Positions 48,003 to 58,117 of a DNA stretch of 64,000 nt are shown here, in pieces. The stretch's first letter is position 1. Each line of letters opens with the position of its first letter. Location of the stretch: NCBI GenBank assembly GCA_964438895.1, contig CAYTMJ010000006.1:12100-76099 (forward strand). Direction: 5' to 3'. The notes under the pieces were generated by a model that saw only the letters and a program-made list of their open reading frames with translations, ran no database searches and was not told the DNA's origin. The DNA comes from an uncultured Syntrophobacterales bacterium. GTDB lineage: Bacteria > Desulfobacterota > Binatia > UBA9968 > JAJDTQ01. Position numbers and translations under genes: made by a program.

Positions 48003-50912
48003 CTAGGCTGCAAGCGTCCTTTCATTACGATTCCGAAGACAGCGCAAATAATAACGGTGGCCGCCGTAGACCAGAATCAACCCAACCAACACGAAACCGT
48101 AATTCAGGTATTCCCAGAACGCCTTCTGCTCGCGCGTCATGGGAACAAGCGTGCGGGCGAAATGGGCGCGACTACGGATGGATAGCAAGATCCGGTCCCC
48201 CAGTGCCCAATCCACCACATTTTCTAGGAACTGCAACGAATTAACGAATCGGTCGTTGGCTGCCGCACGAGACAACTGGAGGGTCAGGTCAGTGAAGGAC
48301 TCATTAGAACCGATAAGGATGATACGAGCTGCCTCGGGCGATTTCTCAATCATTCCCGTCACCACCGGCAACGGCGGCTTTGTCGCCGTTGCCGCAGTGT
48401 GACCACCCTCCCGGTTGGACACCGCCGGTTCCCTATTCCCCTCAACCAGTAGAGGCGATTGTTTACCCTTGTAATAGGAACGAAAGGTTCCCTCCACCAC
48501 CGCCGCCAGAATGTGAGCCTTGGGTTGACCCTCTCTTTCGAACCCAAGCGTGGGATGGACCGTGAAGTCCGGATGCACCTTCAGAGAGTCGGATACCCAG
48601 GAAGCATTGGAGCTGGTAAGCAGAGGCGTCGTACGCACCGCCCCTTCCTTCCCGTCGGGAACCGCGAGCGGCGAAACCCAGCTCACGGTTAACTGGGGCA
48701 GGCGTGCGGTAATGGGCATATCCTCGTTGAGGCCCCGGCCCCGGACATCCACAAAATAGGGATACGGCAAAAGCTTGACTTCTCGGACGGTGAAAGTACC
48801 TGCACTCCGGTTCATGAGTACCGGAAAGGGCTCGTTCTGTGGATCCAACACCAAGGTTTTGCGCACCGTTACTCCGTAGTGCTCCAACATCGGCTCGAGA
48901 CCGGAGGTATGCCGTGAGGCAACCAGGCCGGCTCGCGTGCGGGTCACTGTGTAGGGTGACGTTAACAGAACCACTGAACCACCCTTCATCAGGAACTGGT
49001 CCACTGCGAACCGCTGTTTCGGAGTCAACTCCGTCGGAGCCGCAAGCAATAGCAAATCCACGTTATCTGGCACCAGCCCGAACTTCAGATCTACGTCTGC
49101 GATGCGGTAGTTCTCCTGTAGTTTCTGCTTCAGAAAACGAAACTGTCTCGGCGGAGGTGGGCGACGAACCATAGGCTGACGCGGTGGCGGTGGCGGTGGC
49201 GGTGCATGGAACCCGATCGTTTTGATGAAACCGGGAGCGAACCTCCGGAGCGCCGCCTCAACGCTCCGCCTGGCAGACTCCTGACTCAGCTGTCGAGGCA
49301 TGGGCACCTGGACCGTCATGCCTTCGTTCTTCATGACCATGTAGAAGTAGAACCGTTTCGGATCGAAGGGGCCGGCAGCCATGGCCTGAAACCCGTAGCG
49401 GTCAGCAAGTTGTTGAGCCACAGCGCCCCCACCGGCCTCGGGATCGACAATCTCGTACTCAAACTTCCCCCCGGACTCCTCGCGTATCTCCTCAAGAGAA
49501 GCTACCAATTGCGATTTGAAGGCGCCCACCCCCTCCGGTAGCTTCTCCTGTGATGAAATGAAGCCTCGGAACCGTACCGGTTGATCGATGCCAGCAAACA
49601 AAGCACCGATACCCTGAAACCCATAGAGCACCTTTTTGATCCCTCGGGCGAGATCATACTCCAGGTTCCGCAAGCGCACGTCCGTCCGTGCCTCTCCCGC
49701 TTTGACCTCAATCAGATCAGAGAATCGGAGCACCTCGTGTTTGTCGCCGTAACGAAGCAGAACGTCGAAGTAGGAATTGACAAGCGAGGTTTGGTACCGG
49801 TCCGCGGTGCGGAACGGGATGGGACGAATGTTATAAAGCTGGTTCGCCTCCTCTTCGAACTTAGACTCCTCCCGCGGGTCCACAAACTCAGCGCGCACCC
49901 GCCCTCCACTCACGGACTCGATCTCGCGAATGGTGTCCCGAATCCGAGGAACCAACGGAGCCAACAACGGGTGCGTACGGGCACTGAAATATCCCCGGAT
50001 GAGCAACGGCTCCTGCAACTGGGCAACAAGATCGCGTGTCGCACGGGAAATGGAGTAGTCCTTCCCCTCAGTCAGGTCAGCGCGCACCGTCACGCCAGAA
50101 TGGAGCCAAAAGTTGGCCACGATGAGGTTCAGCACCACCAGCGCTGTCACCACCCGCAAGCCTCGATGGCGCTTCTTTTGCCCCATGCACGACCACCTGA
50201 GCCGCTCCAAGGAGAAGGCGTTCAAGGTAAGAAACACCCCAACCAGACTGATGTAGTAATAAATGTCTCTGAGATCGAGGATACCCCTTGTGATGGACTC
50301 GAAACGGGTCCCCGTCCCAACCAGGCCCATGTATTCGACCCAGCGATGACCCACCAAGCCGCTCAGGGTTTCCGCCCCCACCAAATAGAAGAGGAAGCCA
50401 ACTAAGGTGGTTAGAATGAGGCTAGCGATTTGGTTCTCGTTCCGGGAGCTAATGTAAAGGCCCATGGCACAGTAGGCAGCTGCCAACAACAAGGCAGCAG
50501 TGTAGCCACCTAACACCGGACCCCAGTCGAGAGGTCCTGCAAAAGACACGGTGAACGGGACGCCCAAGGTCAGCGCCAAGGCGATCGCCACAAGTCCTAA
50601 ACAGGCGAGAAACTTGCCCAACACCAGATCAATCGTCCTAACTGGCAGGGTGAAGAGAAACTCCAGAGTTTCCATGCGCCGCTCTTCACTCCACATCTTC
50701 ATGGTAAGCGCCGAACTGAGGAAGATGAGCAAGATCGGCATCCACTCGAACAACGGCCTTACATCAACGACGTTGCGCGCGAAGAACTGCTCGACCCAAA
50801 AGAAGATGAAGAGACACACGGCCGAAAACGTTCCTAGGAAAATGAACGCCACCGGCGAAGAAAAGTAGGTGGAAAATTCCTTCTTCGCAACACTCCAGAT
50901 GCTACTCGGCAT
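48003..50912 (-). CDS. Fused ABC-2 permease (GldF-like) and GldG-like auxiliary domain protein
   Basis: The N-terminal ~250 aa are a six-helix ABC-2 permease. A large extracytoplasmic GldG-type domain follows and includes a PPPPPPPRQPMVRRPPPPRQ linker. A C-terminal TM helix closes the protein. The ATG at 50912 overlaps the ATPase stop by 11 nt. Confidence 0.65.
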   Translation of the reverse strand: MPSSIWSVAKKEFSTYFSSPVAFIFLGTFSAVCLFIFFWVEQFFARNVVDVRPLFEWMPILLIFLSSALTMKMWSEERRMETLEFLFTLPVRTIDLVLGKFLACLGLVAIALALTLGVPFTVSFAGPLDWGPVLGGYTAALLLAAAYCAMGLYISSRNENQIASLILTTLVGFLFYLVGAETLSGLVGHRWVEYMGLVGTGTRFESITRGILDLRDIYYYISLVGVFLTLNAFSLERLRWSCMGQKKRHRGLRVVTALVVLNLIVANFWLHSGVTVRADLTEGKDYSISRATRDLVAQLQEPLLIRGYFSARTHPLLAPLVPRIRDTIREIESVSGGRVRAEFVDPREESKFEEEANQLYNIRPIPFRTADRYQTSLVNSYFDVLLRYGDKHEVLRFSDLIEVKAGEARTDVRLRNLEYDLARGIKKVLYGFQGIGALFAGIDQPVRFRGFISSQEKLPEGVGAFKSQLVASLEEIREESGGKFEYEIVDPEAGGGAVAQQLADRYGFQAMAAGPFDPKRFYFYMVMKNEGMTVQVPMPRQLSQESARRSVEAALRRFAPGFIKTIGFHAPPPPPPPRQPMVRRPPPPRQFRFLKQKLQENYRIADVDLKFGLVPDNVDLLLLAAPTELTPKQRFAVDQFLMKGGSVVLLTSPYTVTRTRAGLVASRHTSGLEPMLEHYGVTVRKTLVLDPQNEPFPVLMNRSAGTFTVREVKLLPYPYFVDVRGRGLNEDMPITARLPQLTVSWVSPLAVPDGKEGAVRTTPLLTSSNASWVSDSLKVHPDFTVHPTLGFEREGQPKAHILAAVVEGTFRSYYKGKQSPLLVEGNREPAVSNREGGHTAATATKPPLPVVTGMIEKSPEAARIILIGSNESFTDLTLQLSRAAANDRFVNSLQFLENVVDWALGDRILLSIRSRAHFARTLVPMTREQKAFWEYLNYGFVLVGLILVYGGHRYYLRCLRNRNERTLAA
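49183..49204. repeat. (GGTGGC)n microsatellite encoding a poly-Pro stretch
   Basis: ggtggcggtggcggtggcggtg. Confidence 0.6.
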
Positions 50913-51834
50913 GACGGCCCTTCTCTCCCACTTCACGGAACACGGTCTCCAGGGTGCGCGACTCCTCGCTCATGCCGTAGAGCCCCCAGCCCCCTTCAAC
51001 AGCCACCCTCGCGACCTGGGGCGCCACCGCGCTCACGGAACCTTCGAGTTCGAGGCCGTAGCTCTCCCCACGCGGCCCCGCCACCACGCTGACCAGACCC
51101 ACCCCTGGAATTTTCCGTAGCTGTTCTGCTGCGTCTTCGGATGGATTACCGAGCCCTATCATCAAGCGGTTAGACTGTTGCAGTTCACTCAGCAAAGCAT
51201 CCACTGCGATCTGCCCCTGAACCATGATGATCACTCGCTCGCAGATCGCCTCCACCTCCTGCAGAATATGCGTAGAAATAATGATGGTCGCGTTCCGGCT
51301 CAGATCACCCACCAGAGACCGCATCTGAAAGATTTGCGCGGGGTCTAGGCCGTTGGTGGGCTCGTCGAGGATTAGGATCTCCGGTTCGTGTATGATGGCC
51401 TGGGCCACACCCAGACGCTGCCTGTAGCCCTTCGAAAGCGTGCCCACCGGATCCAACGCTCGGTCTGTTAGCCATGTCCGCGCAAGCGCCCGCTTGAGCA
51501 TCGCGCGCCGATCGGCGCGCTGAACCCCACGCAAATCGGCTAAGTACTCAAGGTAACGCACCACCGACATGTCAGGGTAAAGCGGCGCATTCTCCGACAA
51601 ATAGCCCAGCTTGCGCTGGATGCCCAACCGCTCCCCGGAAAGCAGCATGCCGTCGATGACCACCGACCCCGCGGTAGGTTCGATATACCCGGTGAGCATC
51701 CGCATTATGGTAGTCTTTCCGGCACCGTTGTGCCCCAGAAGGCCGACAACTTCACCCCTTCCGATAGAAAAAGAGACGCCGTCGACCGCTACTAGATCAC
51801 CATATTTTCGGGTGAGACCCTTGACCTCGATCAA
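50902..51834 (-). CDS. ABC transporter ATP-binding protein (GldA/CcmA-like)
   Basis: Walker A GHNGAGKTT, signature LSKGYRQRLG, Walker B ILILDEPT. TTG start after AGGAGGG. Confidence 0.85.
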   Translation of the reverse strand: MIEVKGLTRKYGDLVAVDGVSFSIGRGEVVGLLGHNGAGKTTIMRMLTGYIEPTAGSVVIDGMLLSGERLGIQRKLGYLSENAPLYPDMSVVRYLEYLADLRGVQRADRRAMLKRALARTWLTDRALDPVGTLSKGYRQRLGVAQAIIHEPEILILDEPTNGLDPAQIFQMRSLVGDLSRNATIIISTHILQEVEAICERVIIMVQGQIAVDALLSELQQSNRLMIGLGNPSEDAAEQLRKIPGVGLVSVVAGPRGESYGLELEGSVSAVAPQVARVAVEGGWGLYGMSEESRTLETVFREVGEKGRHAE

Positions 51835-51956
51835 CCTACCCTCCTGACCGGATTATTTAGGGCTTAGAACGGGATAAAAATTTTTAACAGATCGCGTGAC
51901 GAGGTGCGAATTGACAAAGGGACACCCTACTCCCTCCAGTCTGATCTCGTAGCCAT

Positions 51957-51968
51957 CAGTACCGGTAC
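51957..51968. promoter_or_regulatory. Perfect 12-bp palindrome AGTACCGGTACT upstream of the lexA promoter
   Basis: Self-complementary. It lies about 28 nt upstream of the -35 hexamer. Function unknown (second operator or binding site for another regulator). Confidence 0.2.
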
Positions 51969-51995
51969 TCACCTCTGAGTTCAGCGGAATTTATC

Positions 51996-52024
51996 TTGCA
52001 TACCATACATAAGTCTGTTATAAC
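51996..52024 (+). promoter_or_regulatory. Candidate lexA promoter: TTGCAT, 17-nt spacer, TATAAC; the predicted start site is near the ATG (leaderless)
   Basis: Hexamers at 51996-52001 and 52019-52024. Only 6 nt separate the -10 from the ATG at 52031, and there is no Shine-Dalgarno. Confidence 0.35.
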
Positions 52025-52025
52025 A
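52016..52025. promoter_or_regulatory. Candidate LexA operator: perfect palindrome TGTTATAACA overlapping the -10 element
   Basis: Self-complementary 10-mer placed where an autoregulatory operator is expected. It resembles TGTTC/GAACA-type SOS-box half-sites but with shorter spacing. Confidence 0.3.
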
Positions 52026-52030
52026 TCCTA

Positions 52031-52633
52031 ATGACACCCCTCACTCCACCGGGAGAAACCCGGGAAAAAGTTTACCGATTCGTGCGCAAAAAGATCCTAG
52101 AGGAGCTCCCACCCACGGTGCGCGAGGTCCAGGAAGCGTTTCGGTTCAAGGCCGTGCAGACGGCCCGACAACATCTCGAGCGCCTAGTAGCCGAAAAGCG
52201 ACTAGCCAAGGTTCAAGGGAAATCTAGAAGCTATCGACTGCCCCGGGAACCCGGAACACTATTCATACCTTTACTGGGACGAGTGCAAGCGGGTGGGTTA
52301 CAAGCGGCCATCGAAGAATGCGAGGGTTATATTCCGGTCCAATTACGAGGCTCGGCGGAAATGTTCGCTCTCCGAGTCCAGGGGGAGAGCATGATCGGAG
52401 CAGGCATCCTTCCAGGGGACATTGTCGTCGTGAGACGGCAGACGGAAGCTGTTTCAGGGGACATTGTCGTAGCCTTAGTGGGCGATGAAGCCACCATCAA
52501 GAAGCTTCGCCTACATCGGAATGGAATCGAGTTGCATCCAGAGAATCCAGCCTTTGCACCAATTATTCCGAAAGCCGATACGTGCACCATTCTGGGCAAA
52601 GTGGTGGAAATAAGACGCTATCTAGAGAGGTAA
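52031..52633 (+). CDS. lexA: LexA repressor (S24 peptidase)
   Basis: N-terminal winged-helix region. Ala-Gly cleavage site region. Catalytic Ser/Lys (GESMIGAGI...K). 200 aa. Confidence 0.9.
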   Translation: MTPLTPPGETREKVYRFVRKKILEELPPTVREVQEAFRFKAVQTARQHLERLVAEKRLAKVQGKSRSYRLPREPGTLFIPLLGRVQAGGLQAAIEECEGYIPVQLRGSAEMFALRVQGESMIGAGILPGDIVVVRRQTEAVSGDIVVALVGDEATIKKLRLHRNGIELHPENPAFAPIIPKADTCTILGKVVEIRRYLER

Positions 52634-53281
52634 ATGGACGCTTTCACCGAAAAGATACGTAACCAGATTCGGGTTCCGGTCACCGCCTCCACGACGATGC
52701 AAAGCCAATCCGTTCACGAGACCCCAAGGGCCTGGAACTTTTCCTTGCTGGCAGGACGTCTCACGGAGATTTCGGACTCGGGCGCAGCTCCCGCGCTTAC
52801 AGCCGCAGCCTCCCTAATCCTCCAAGCCCAGCAGCATGGTGAGCCCGCAGCATGGATAGGTTTCGGTAACTCCACCTTTTTCCCGCCGGACTTAGTCGAG
52901 TGGGGTATTGACCTCGAAGCCTTGCCGGTGATCCGCGTCCCTAACGCCCTCGCCGCATCCAGTGCCGCCGACCAACTGTTGCGCTCTGGAGCTTTTGGGC
53001 TGGTAGTGTTGGACCTCAAAACCCAGACACAGATGAACATGGCAGCGCAAAGTCGTCTGGCAGCACTAGCCCGCAAATATCATTCGGCGCTCCTCTGTCT
53101 CACTCGTAAAAAGACAGGGGCACCTTCAATAGGACCTATGGTATCGCTTCATGGCGAAGGAAGGATCTCAAGAACTGCCTTCAGCCGCTTTGACTGGGAG
53201 ATCCGTATCCTCAAGGACAAACAGGGAGCTTCGGGATGGAGCCATACGGAGTCGTGCCATGGAACGGATGGCCTGTGTTGA
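52634..53281 (+). CDS. imuA: ImuA-like (RecA/SulA-fold) protein of the mutagenesis cassette
   Basis: 215 aa. It starts 1 nt after the lexA stop. Position and size match imuA of lexA-imuA-imuB-dnaE2 cassettes. Confidence 0.6.
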   Translation: MDAFTEKIRNQIRVPVTASTTMQSQSVHETPRAWNFSLLAGRLTEISDSGAAPALTAAASLILQAQQHGEPAAWIGFGNSTFFPPDLVEWGIDLEALPVIRVPNALAASSAADQLLRSGAFGLVVLDLKTQTQMNMAAQSRLAALARKYHSALLCLTRKKTGAPSIGPMVSLHGEGRISRTAFSRFDWEIRILKDKQGASGWSHTESCHGTDGLC

Positions 53282-54764
53282 TATTGCAGCTTTTCCGCTG
53301 CAATTGCTACTTTGGGACCACCCAAACTGGAAGGACTATCCTGCCGGGGTGGTAGATCGGGACAAGGCCCAAGGAACCATCCTGTGGGTAAACTCCCGGG
53401 CGCGGGCCACGGGCATCCTCCCGGGCATGCGCTACGGCGCAGGTCTCACGCTATCACGTCACTTCCGAGCAGCTGTCATTTCTCGTACGGTCATCGAAAA
53501 GGCCGTAGCCGATCTCGTTCCGCGACTGCGGCACTTTACCGCAGAAGTCGAACCCTCCCGCGACGAGCCCGGAGTGTTCTGGCTCGACACCTCGGGCCTT
53601 TCCCTGCTCCACTCCTCCCTAGATAAATGGGGCGAGCTCATCCACGATGATCTCACCGAAGCCGGTTTTCGTAACACTGTAGCCGTAGGGTTCTCCCGAT
53701 TCGGTAGCTATGCCGCAGCCAAGGCGTGTGACCGAATCGTGGTCTTCCCCACGCCCCAAGATGAGTGTACCTACATCCGGAAAGTCCCGCTAGAACAGCT
53801 CAATCTCGCTCCCGCGATCCGCGACCTTCTGGCCCAGATCGGCATCCACACCCTTGGCGGATTTTTGGACCTACCTGCATCCCAGGTACACTCGCGTCTT
53901 GGGCGCGAAGCTCATCGGCTCCACCAGTTGGCTGCGGGTAATCTCTGGAGCCCGCTCCATTCCGAGATACCCCCCGATCCTGCCACCACGGGCATCTTCC
54001 TCGACTATCCGGAAGCCGACCGCGGACGGTTGATGGTCCTCATGGAAGAACTATTGGAGTCGCTGCTCGACTCGCTAGAGAAACGGCACGAGATGATGAC
54101 CACGCTCCTCCTCCACCTTCGCCTAGACGACAAGTCGAAAAACACTGAGATCCTTCTTCGGTCAGCTAAGCCTACTCTGAACAAAATACAGGTGCTGGAT
54201 CTTCTACGGCTCCGAATGGAAACCGTAGCGCTAACGGCTGGGGTGACTGAAATTGTCATGGAGATCCAGGGGATCTCACCCGCCTTCTGGCAGGGAGAGC
54301 TTTTTCAGAACCCCCCCGTACGCGACCACGATGCGGCTAACCGCGCCCTAGCACGACTGCGAGCGCGGTTCGGCAACGGCGCGCTCCTACGAGCGCGCCC
54401 ACGCACCGGATATCTTCCCGAAGCACGCTTTGCCTGGGAGCCCATGGAAACGATGCCACCACCTAAGCCGCGTCAAGTATGGCTGCGTCCGCTAGTGCGG
54501 CGCTTTTTCCCCAAACCTCTCCGGCTTAAGGACTCTGAATCACCCGTGGGTGCTACTGAAATCGCAGTTGACGACCCCCAAAACGACGGCAGCTTTTTTG
54601 GCCGGGAGAGCACCGGTCCCTATATCATTTCAGGGGGATGGTGGGGCTCTAGCTCAGGTGTACACCGCGAGTATCACTTCGTTCGCACCGACGAGGGTCC
54701 ATGGCTGTGGATCTACTATGACTCCAAACGGCGCCGCTGGTTCCTACATGGAAAGGTGGAGTAA
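53259..54764 (+). CDS. imuB: ImuB, Y-family polymerase-like (non-catalytic) protein
   Basis: UmuC/DinB-like N-terminal fold (CVDIAAFPLQ...) without the full catalytic acidic triad. About 500 aa. Confidence 0.7.
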   Translation: MERMACVDIAAFPLQLLLWDHPNWKDYPAGVVDRDKAQGTILWVNSRARATGILPGMRYGAGLTLSRHFRAAVISRTVIEKAVADLVPRLRHFTAEVEPSRDEPGVFWLDTSGLSLLHSSLDKWGELIHDDLTEAGFRNTVAVGFSRFGSYAAAKACDRIVVFPTPQDECTYIRKVPLEQLNLAPAIRDLLAQIGIHTLGGFLDLPASQVHSRLGREAHRLHQLAAGNLWSPLHSEIPPDPATTGIFLDYPEADRGRLMVLMEELLESLLDSLEKRHEMMTTLLLHLRLDDKSKNTEILLRSAKPTLNKIQVLDLLRLRMETVALTAGVTEIVMEIQGISPAFWQGELFQNPPVRDHDAANRALARLRARFGNGALLRARPRTGYLPEARFAWEPMETMPPPKPRQVWLRPLVRRFFPKPLRLKDSESPVGATEIAVDDPQNDGSFFGRESTGPYIISGGWWGSSSGVHREYHFVRTDEGPWLWIYYDSKRRRWFLHGKVE

Positions 54765-54769
54765 AAGGC

Positions 54770-57700
54770 ATGGCCACCAGCAAAAAGCGTGCTCTCGGGC
54801 CCACGTCCTATACACCGCTCTACTGCAAGAGTCACTACTCATTCCTCGAGGGTGCGAGCCACCCCGAAGAATTACTGGAGCAAGCCGTAGAACTCGGGCT
54901 CCAGTCACTTTGCCTGACTGACCGAGACGGTATCTACGGTATTGTGCGGGCCCACGTCAAAGCCCGAGAACTGGACCTAAACATAGTCATCGGCGCCCAA
55001 ATAACCATCACCGATGGTTCTTCCATTCTCCTTCTCGCCACCGACGAAGCCGGCTACGCTCATCTCTGCCGCCTGATTTCTACCGGCCGCCTCCGCTCAC
55101 CCAAGGGACAGAGCGCCGTAGAATGGCATGAACTCTATTCCTACGCCGGCGGGCTCCTAGCTCTATGGGGCGGGGAAAACAGCCTACTGGTGCAAGAACC
55201 GGACCCTACGTTTATCGCCCGGGATCTCCGGGATGCCTTCGCCGACCGGCTCTACGCGCTGGTGGCTCGCCATTGCCGCGCGGACGAGGCGCTGCAGGAA
55301 CGGCGCCTACGGGAGCGGGCGCAGCGCTACGGCATCCCCACGGTGGCAACCACGGAAGTGCTCTACCATCACCCCTCGCGACGCCAACTCCAAGATGTCC
55401 TCACCTGCATCCGCCACGAGCTCCCGCTTGTCGACGCTGGGCACACAATCAAACCCAACGCAGAGCATTACCTCAAGTCCCCCGCCGCATTTACGGATCT
55501 CTTCAAAGATGATCCGCAATCGGTCGCCCGCACCCTGGAAGTGGCTTCCCGTTGTGAGTTCTCTCTGGATCAGATCCACTACCGCTACCCTTCAAGGGAA
55601 CTTCCGGGCAGCAAGACCTCCGGGGAGTGGCTTAGGGAACTCGTCTTTCGAGGGGCCAGTAACCGCTACGGCAGTAATGTTCCACAAGATATCCGGACAC
55701 AGCTCGAGCGGGAACTTCAGGTCATCGAGGAGCTAGCCTACGAGGGCTACTTTCTCGCCATGTGGGACCTAGTCCAGTTCTGCCATAGTAAAGGGATCCT
55801 CTGTCAGGGACGCGGCTCCGCAGCCAATTCCGCGGTATGCTACTGTCTAGGCATAACCGCCATCAATCCGGTGCGCATGAACCTGCTTTTCGAGCGCTTC
55901 ATCTCAAAGGAACGAGCCGAACCACCTGACATCGACCTTGACATCGAGCATAACCGCCGCGAGGAGGTCATTCAATATCTCTACCGCAAGCACGGCCGCA
56001 CCCACGCAGCCATGGTGGCCAATTTCATCCGCTACCGCTGGCGTTCCGCAGCCCGAGACGTAGGCAAGGTCTTGGGGCTAGCGGAGACCGCAGTCCACCG
56101 CGTCACCCGGCTGCTGGACCATCACAAGGGAATAGACCGAAAGCTACTCAAAAGCGCGGGTCTCGACCCGCACACCCACGTGGAATACCTCCGCCTAGTA
56201 GCGGAAATCCAGGACTTCCCCCGACACCTGTCCATCCATCCCGGTGGATTCCTACTCGGCCACAAGCCAGTATGCGACCTGGTCCCCATCGAGAACGGCA
56301 CCATGCACAACCGTACAGTGATCCAGTGGGACAAGGAGGATCTGGAAAGCCTCAAACTCTTCAAGGTGGACCTGTTAGGGCTAGGTATGCTGACCGTGGT
56401 AAACCGCTCCTTTCACCTCATCCGAGAACACTGGAATCGGACCTTCTCTCTAACTGCCCTTCCCAAGGATGATCCTGAAACCTATGCCATGATCTGCAAG
56501 GCCGATACTGTGGGAGTCTTTCAGATCGAGAGTCGCGCACAGATGTCTATGCTACCCCGACTTAAACCCCGAGAGTATTACGATCTCGTCATCGCAATCA
56601 GCATCGTCCGACCGGGGCCCATCGTGGGAGGTATGGTACATCCCTATCTTCGCCGTCGGAATGGCGAGGAGGCAGTCTCCTACCCCCATCCCTCCCTGGA
56701 GCCCATTCTCAAAAAAACACTGGGGGTACCGCTGTTTCAAGAACAGGTAATGCGACTAGCAGTTGTAGCAGCAAACTACACCCCCGGGGAGGCGGATCAG
56801 CTTAGACGTGACATGGCCGCCTGGAGAAGATCGGGAAGGCTCGAGCAACACCGGGAACGGTTCATCTCGCGCATGCAGGCCAAGGGAATCGCAAAAGACT
56901 TCGCCACCCAGGTATTCGAACAGGTCCGCGGTTTCGGCGATTACGGGTTCCCTGAAGGCCACGCCGCTAGCTTTGCCCACATCGCCTACGTATCAGCATG
57001 GCTCAAGCGCCACTATCCCACGGCCTTCGCCTGTGCGCTACTCAACGCCCAGCCCATGGGCTTCTACGCACCAGCCACTATCATAGACGATGCCAAACGG
57101 CATGGAGTCCACGTGCTACCGATAGACATCCAGAGCAGCGACTGGGACTGCACCCTCGAGAAGAAAACCAGCAGGCAAGCCTCTGTCCTTCCAGTCCATG
57201 CCCTACGCATGGGTCTGCGCTACGTGAAAGGGCTCGGGAAGGCCGACTGGCAGAGCATCGACAACGCCCGACGTACCGGCTCGTTCCGCTCCCTGGTCGA
57301 CTTTGCCTCTCGCACCGGACTACGACAGGACATCCTCGACCGCCTGGCCCAGGCCGGAGCGTTAGCCCTACAAACGCCCCAGCGGCGCCAGGCCCTCTGG
57401 CAAGCCCAAGGGCTCCACGCGACCAGGGGCAACACCCTACCCCTCGAAACCCCCGAGGTGCTGTTTCCTTTCGAACCCCTGAGCGACTTCGAGTCCGTCC
57501 TCTGGGATTACCACGCCACCAACCACAGCCCCCGCGACCACCCGCTGGCCCCCCTGCGTCCCCAGATCGCCGCCCAGAGCCTTCCCGACGCCGCCACCGT
57601 TCAACAGATGTCCCACGGCCAACGCGTAGACTACGCTGGTATAGTCATCTGCCGACAGCGTCCCAAGACCGCCAAGGGCATCATCTTCATGACTCTCGAA

Positions 57701-57901
57701 GACGAAACCGGTTTCGTCAACGTCATTCTATGGCGCGACATTTATGAGCGGTTCCGGGTTACCGTTAAGACCCTTTCGTTCGTGGGTGTAAGCGGCCGCC
57801 TACAAAACGAATCCGACGTCGTCCACATTACTGCAGAGTCGGTATGGCAGCCGAAACTGGAGGTAGAACCGGTGCGGAGGAAGAGCAGAGACTTTCAGTA
57901 G
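54770..57901 (+). CDS. dnaE2: Error-prone DNA polymerase III alpha-type (DnaE2/ImuC)
   Basis: N-terminal PHP domain (YTPLYCKSHYSFLEG), polymerase core, OB domain. 1043 aa. Confidence 0.9.
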   Translation: MATSKKRALGPTSYTPLYCKSHYSFLEGASHPEELLEQAVELGLQSLCLTDRDGIYGIVRAHVKARELDLNIVIGAQITITDGSSILLLATDEAGYAHLCRLISTGRLRSPKGQSAVEWHELYSYAGGLLALWGGENSLLVQEPDPTFIARDLRDAFADRLYALVARHCRADEALQERRLRERAQRYGIPTVATTEVLYHHPSRRQLQDVLTCIRHELPLVDAGHTIKPNAEHYLKSPAAFTDLFKDDPQSVARTLEVASRCEFSLDQIHYRYPSRELPGSKTSGEWLRELVFRGASNRYGSNVPQDIRTQLERELQVIEELAYEGYFLAMWDLVQFCHSKGILCQGRGSAANSAVCYCLGITAINPVRMNLLFERFISKERAEPPDIDLDIEHNRREEVIQYLYRKHGRTHAAMVANFIRYRWRSAARDVGKVLGLAETAVHRVTRLLDHHKGIDRKLLKSAGLDPHTHVEYLRLVAEIQDFPRHLSIHPGGFLLGHKPVCDLVPIENGTMHNRTVIQWDKEDLESLKLFKVDLLGLGMLTVVNRSFHLIREHWNRTFSLTALPKDDPETYAMICKADTVGVFQIESRAQMSMLPRLKPREYYDLVIAISIVRPGPIVGGMVHPYLRRRNGEEAVSYPHPSLEPILKKTLGVPLFQEQVMRLAVVAANYTPGEADQLRRDMAAWRRSGRLEQHRERFISRMQAKGIAKDFATQVFEQVRGFGDYGFPEGHAASFAHIAYVSAWLKRHYPTAFACALLNAQPMGFYAPATIIDDAKRHGVHVLPIDIQSSDWDCTLEKKTSRQASVLPVHALRMGLRYVKGLGKADWQSIDNARRTGSFRSLVDFASRTGLRQDILDRLAQAGALALQTPQRRQALWQAQGLHATRGNTLPLETPEVLFPFEPLSDFESVLWDYHATNHSPRDHPLAPLRPQIAAQSLPDAATVQQMSHGQRVDYAGIVICRQRPKTAKGIIFMTLEDETGFVNVILWRDIYERFRVTVKTLSFVGVSGRLQNESDVVHITAESVWQPKLEVEPVRRKSRDFQ

Positions 57902-58117
57902 GACATAGACCCATTTTAGAGAAGCAGAGGAATTAAACCCACCGAGCAGCCTCCGATTCGGCTACCGCCTGGCGGTCGCTTAGCCTCACAACACCCTCAT
58001 GGGTGTGCGGACCTCCACATCTACAGCGATATCACGGCGCTAACTACGGCACCATTCTCACAACCCCGGGCGCGGTCCAGAACATGCCAGTGAGCCTATT
58101 CGGTGACTTCATGAATG

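Noticed and set aside
49581-50405. 274-aa + strand ORF
   Set aside because: Antisense to the GldF-GldG fusion gene, with no motifs.
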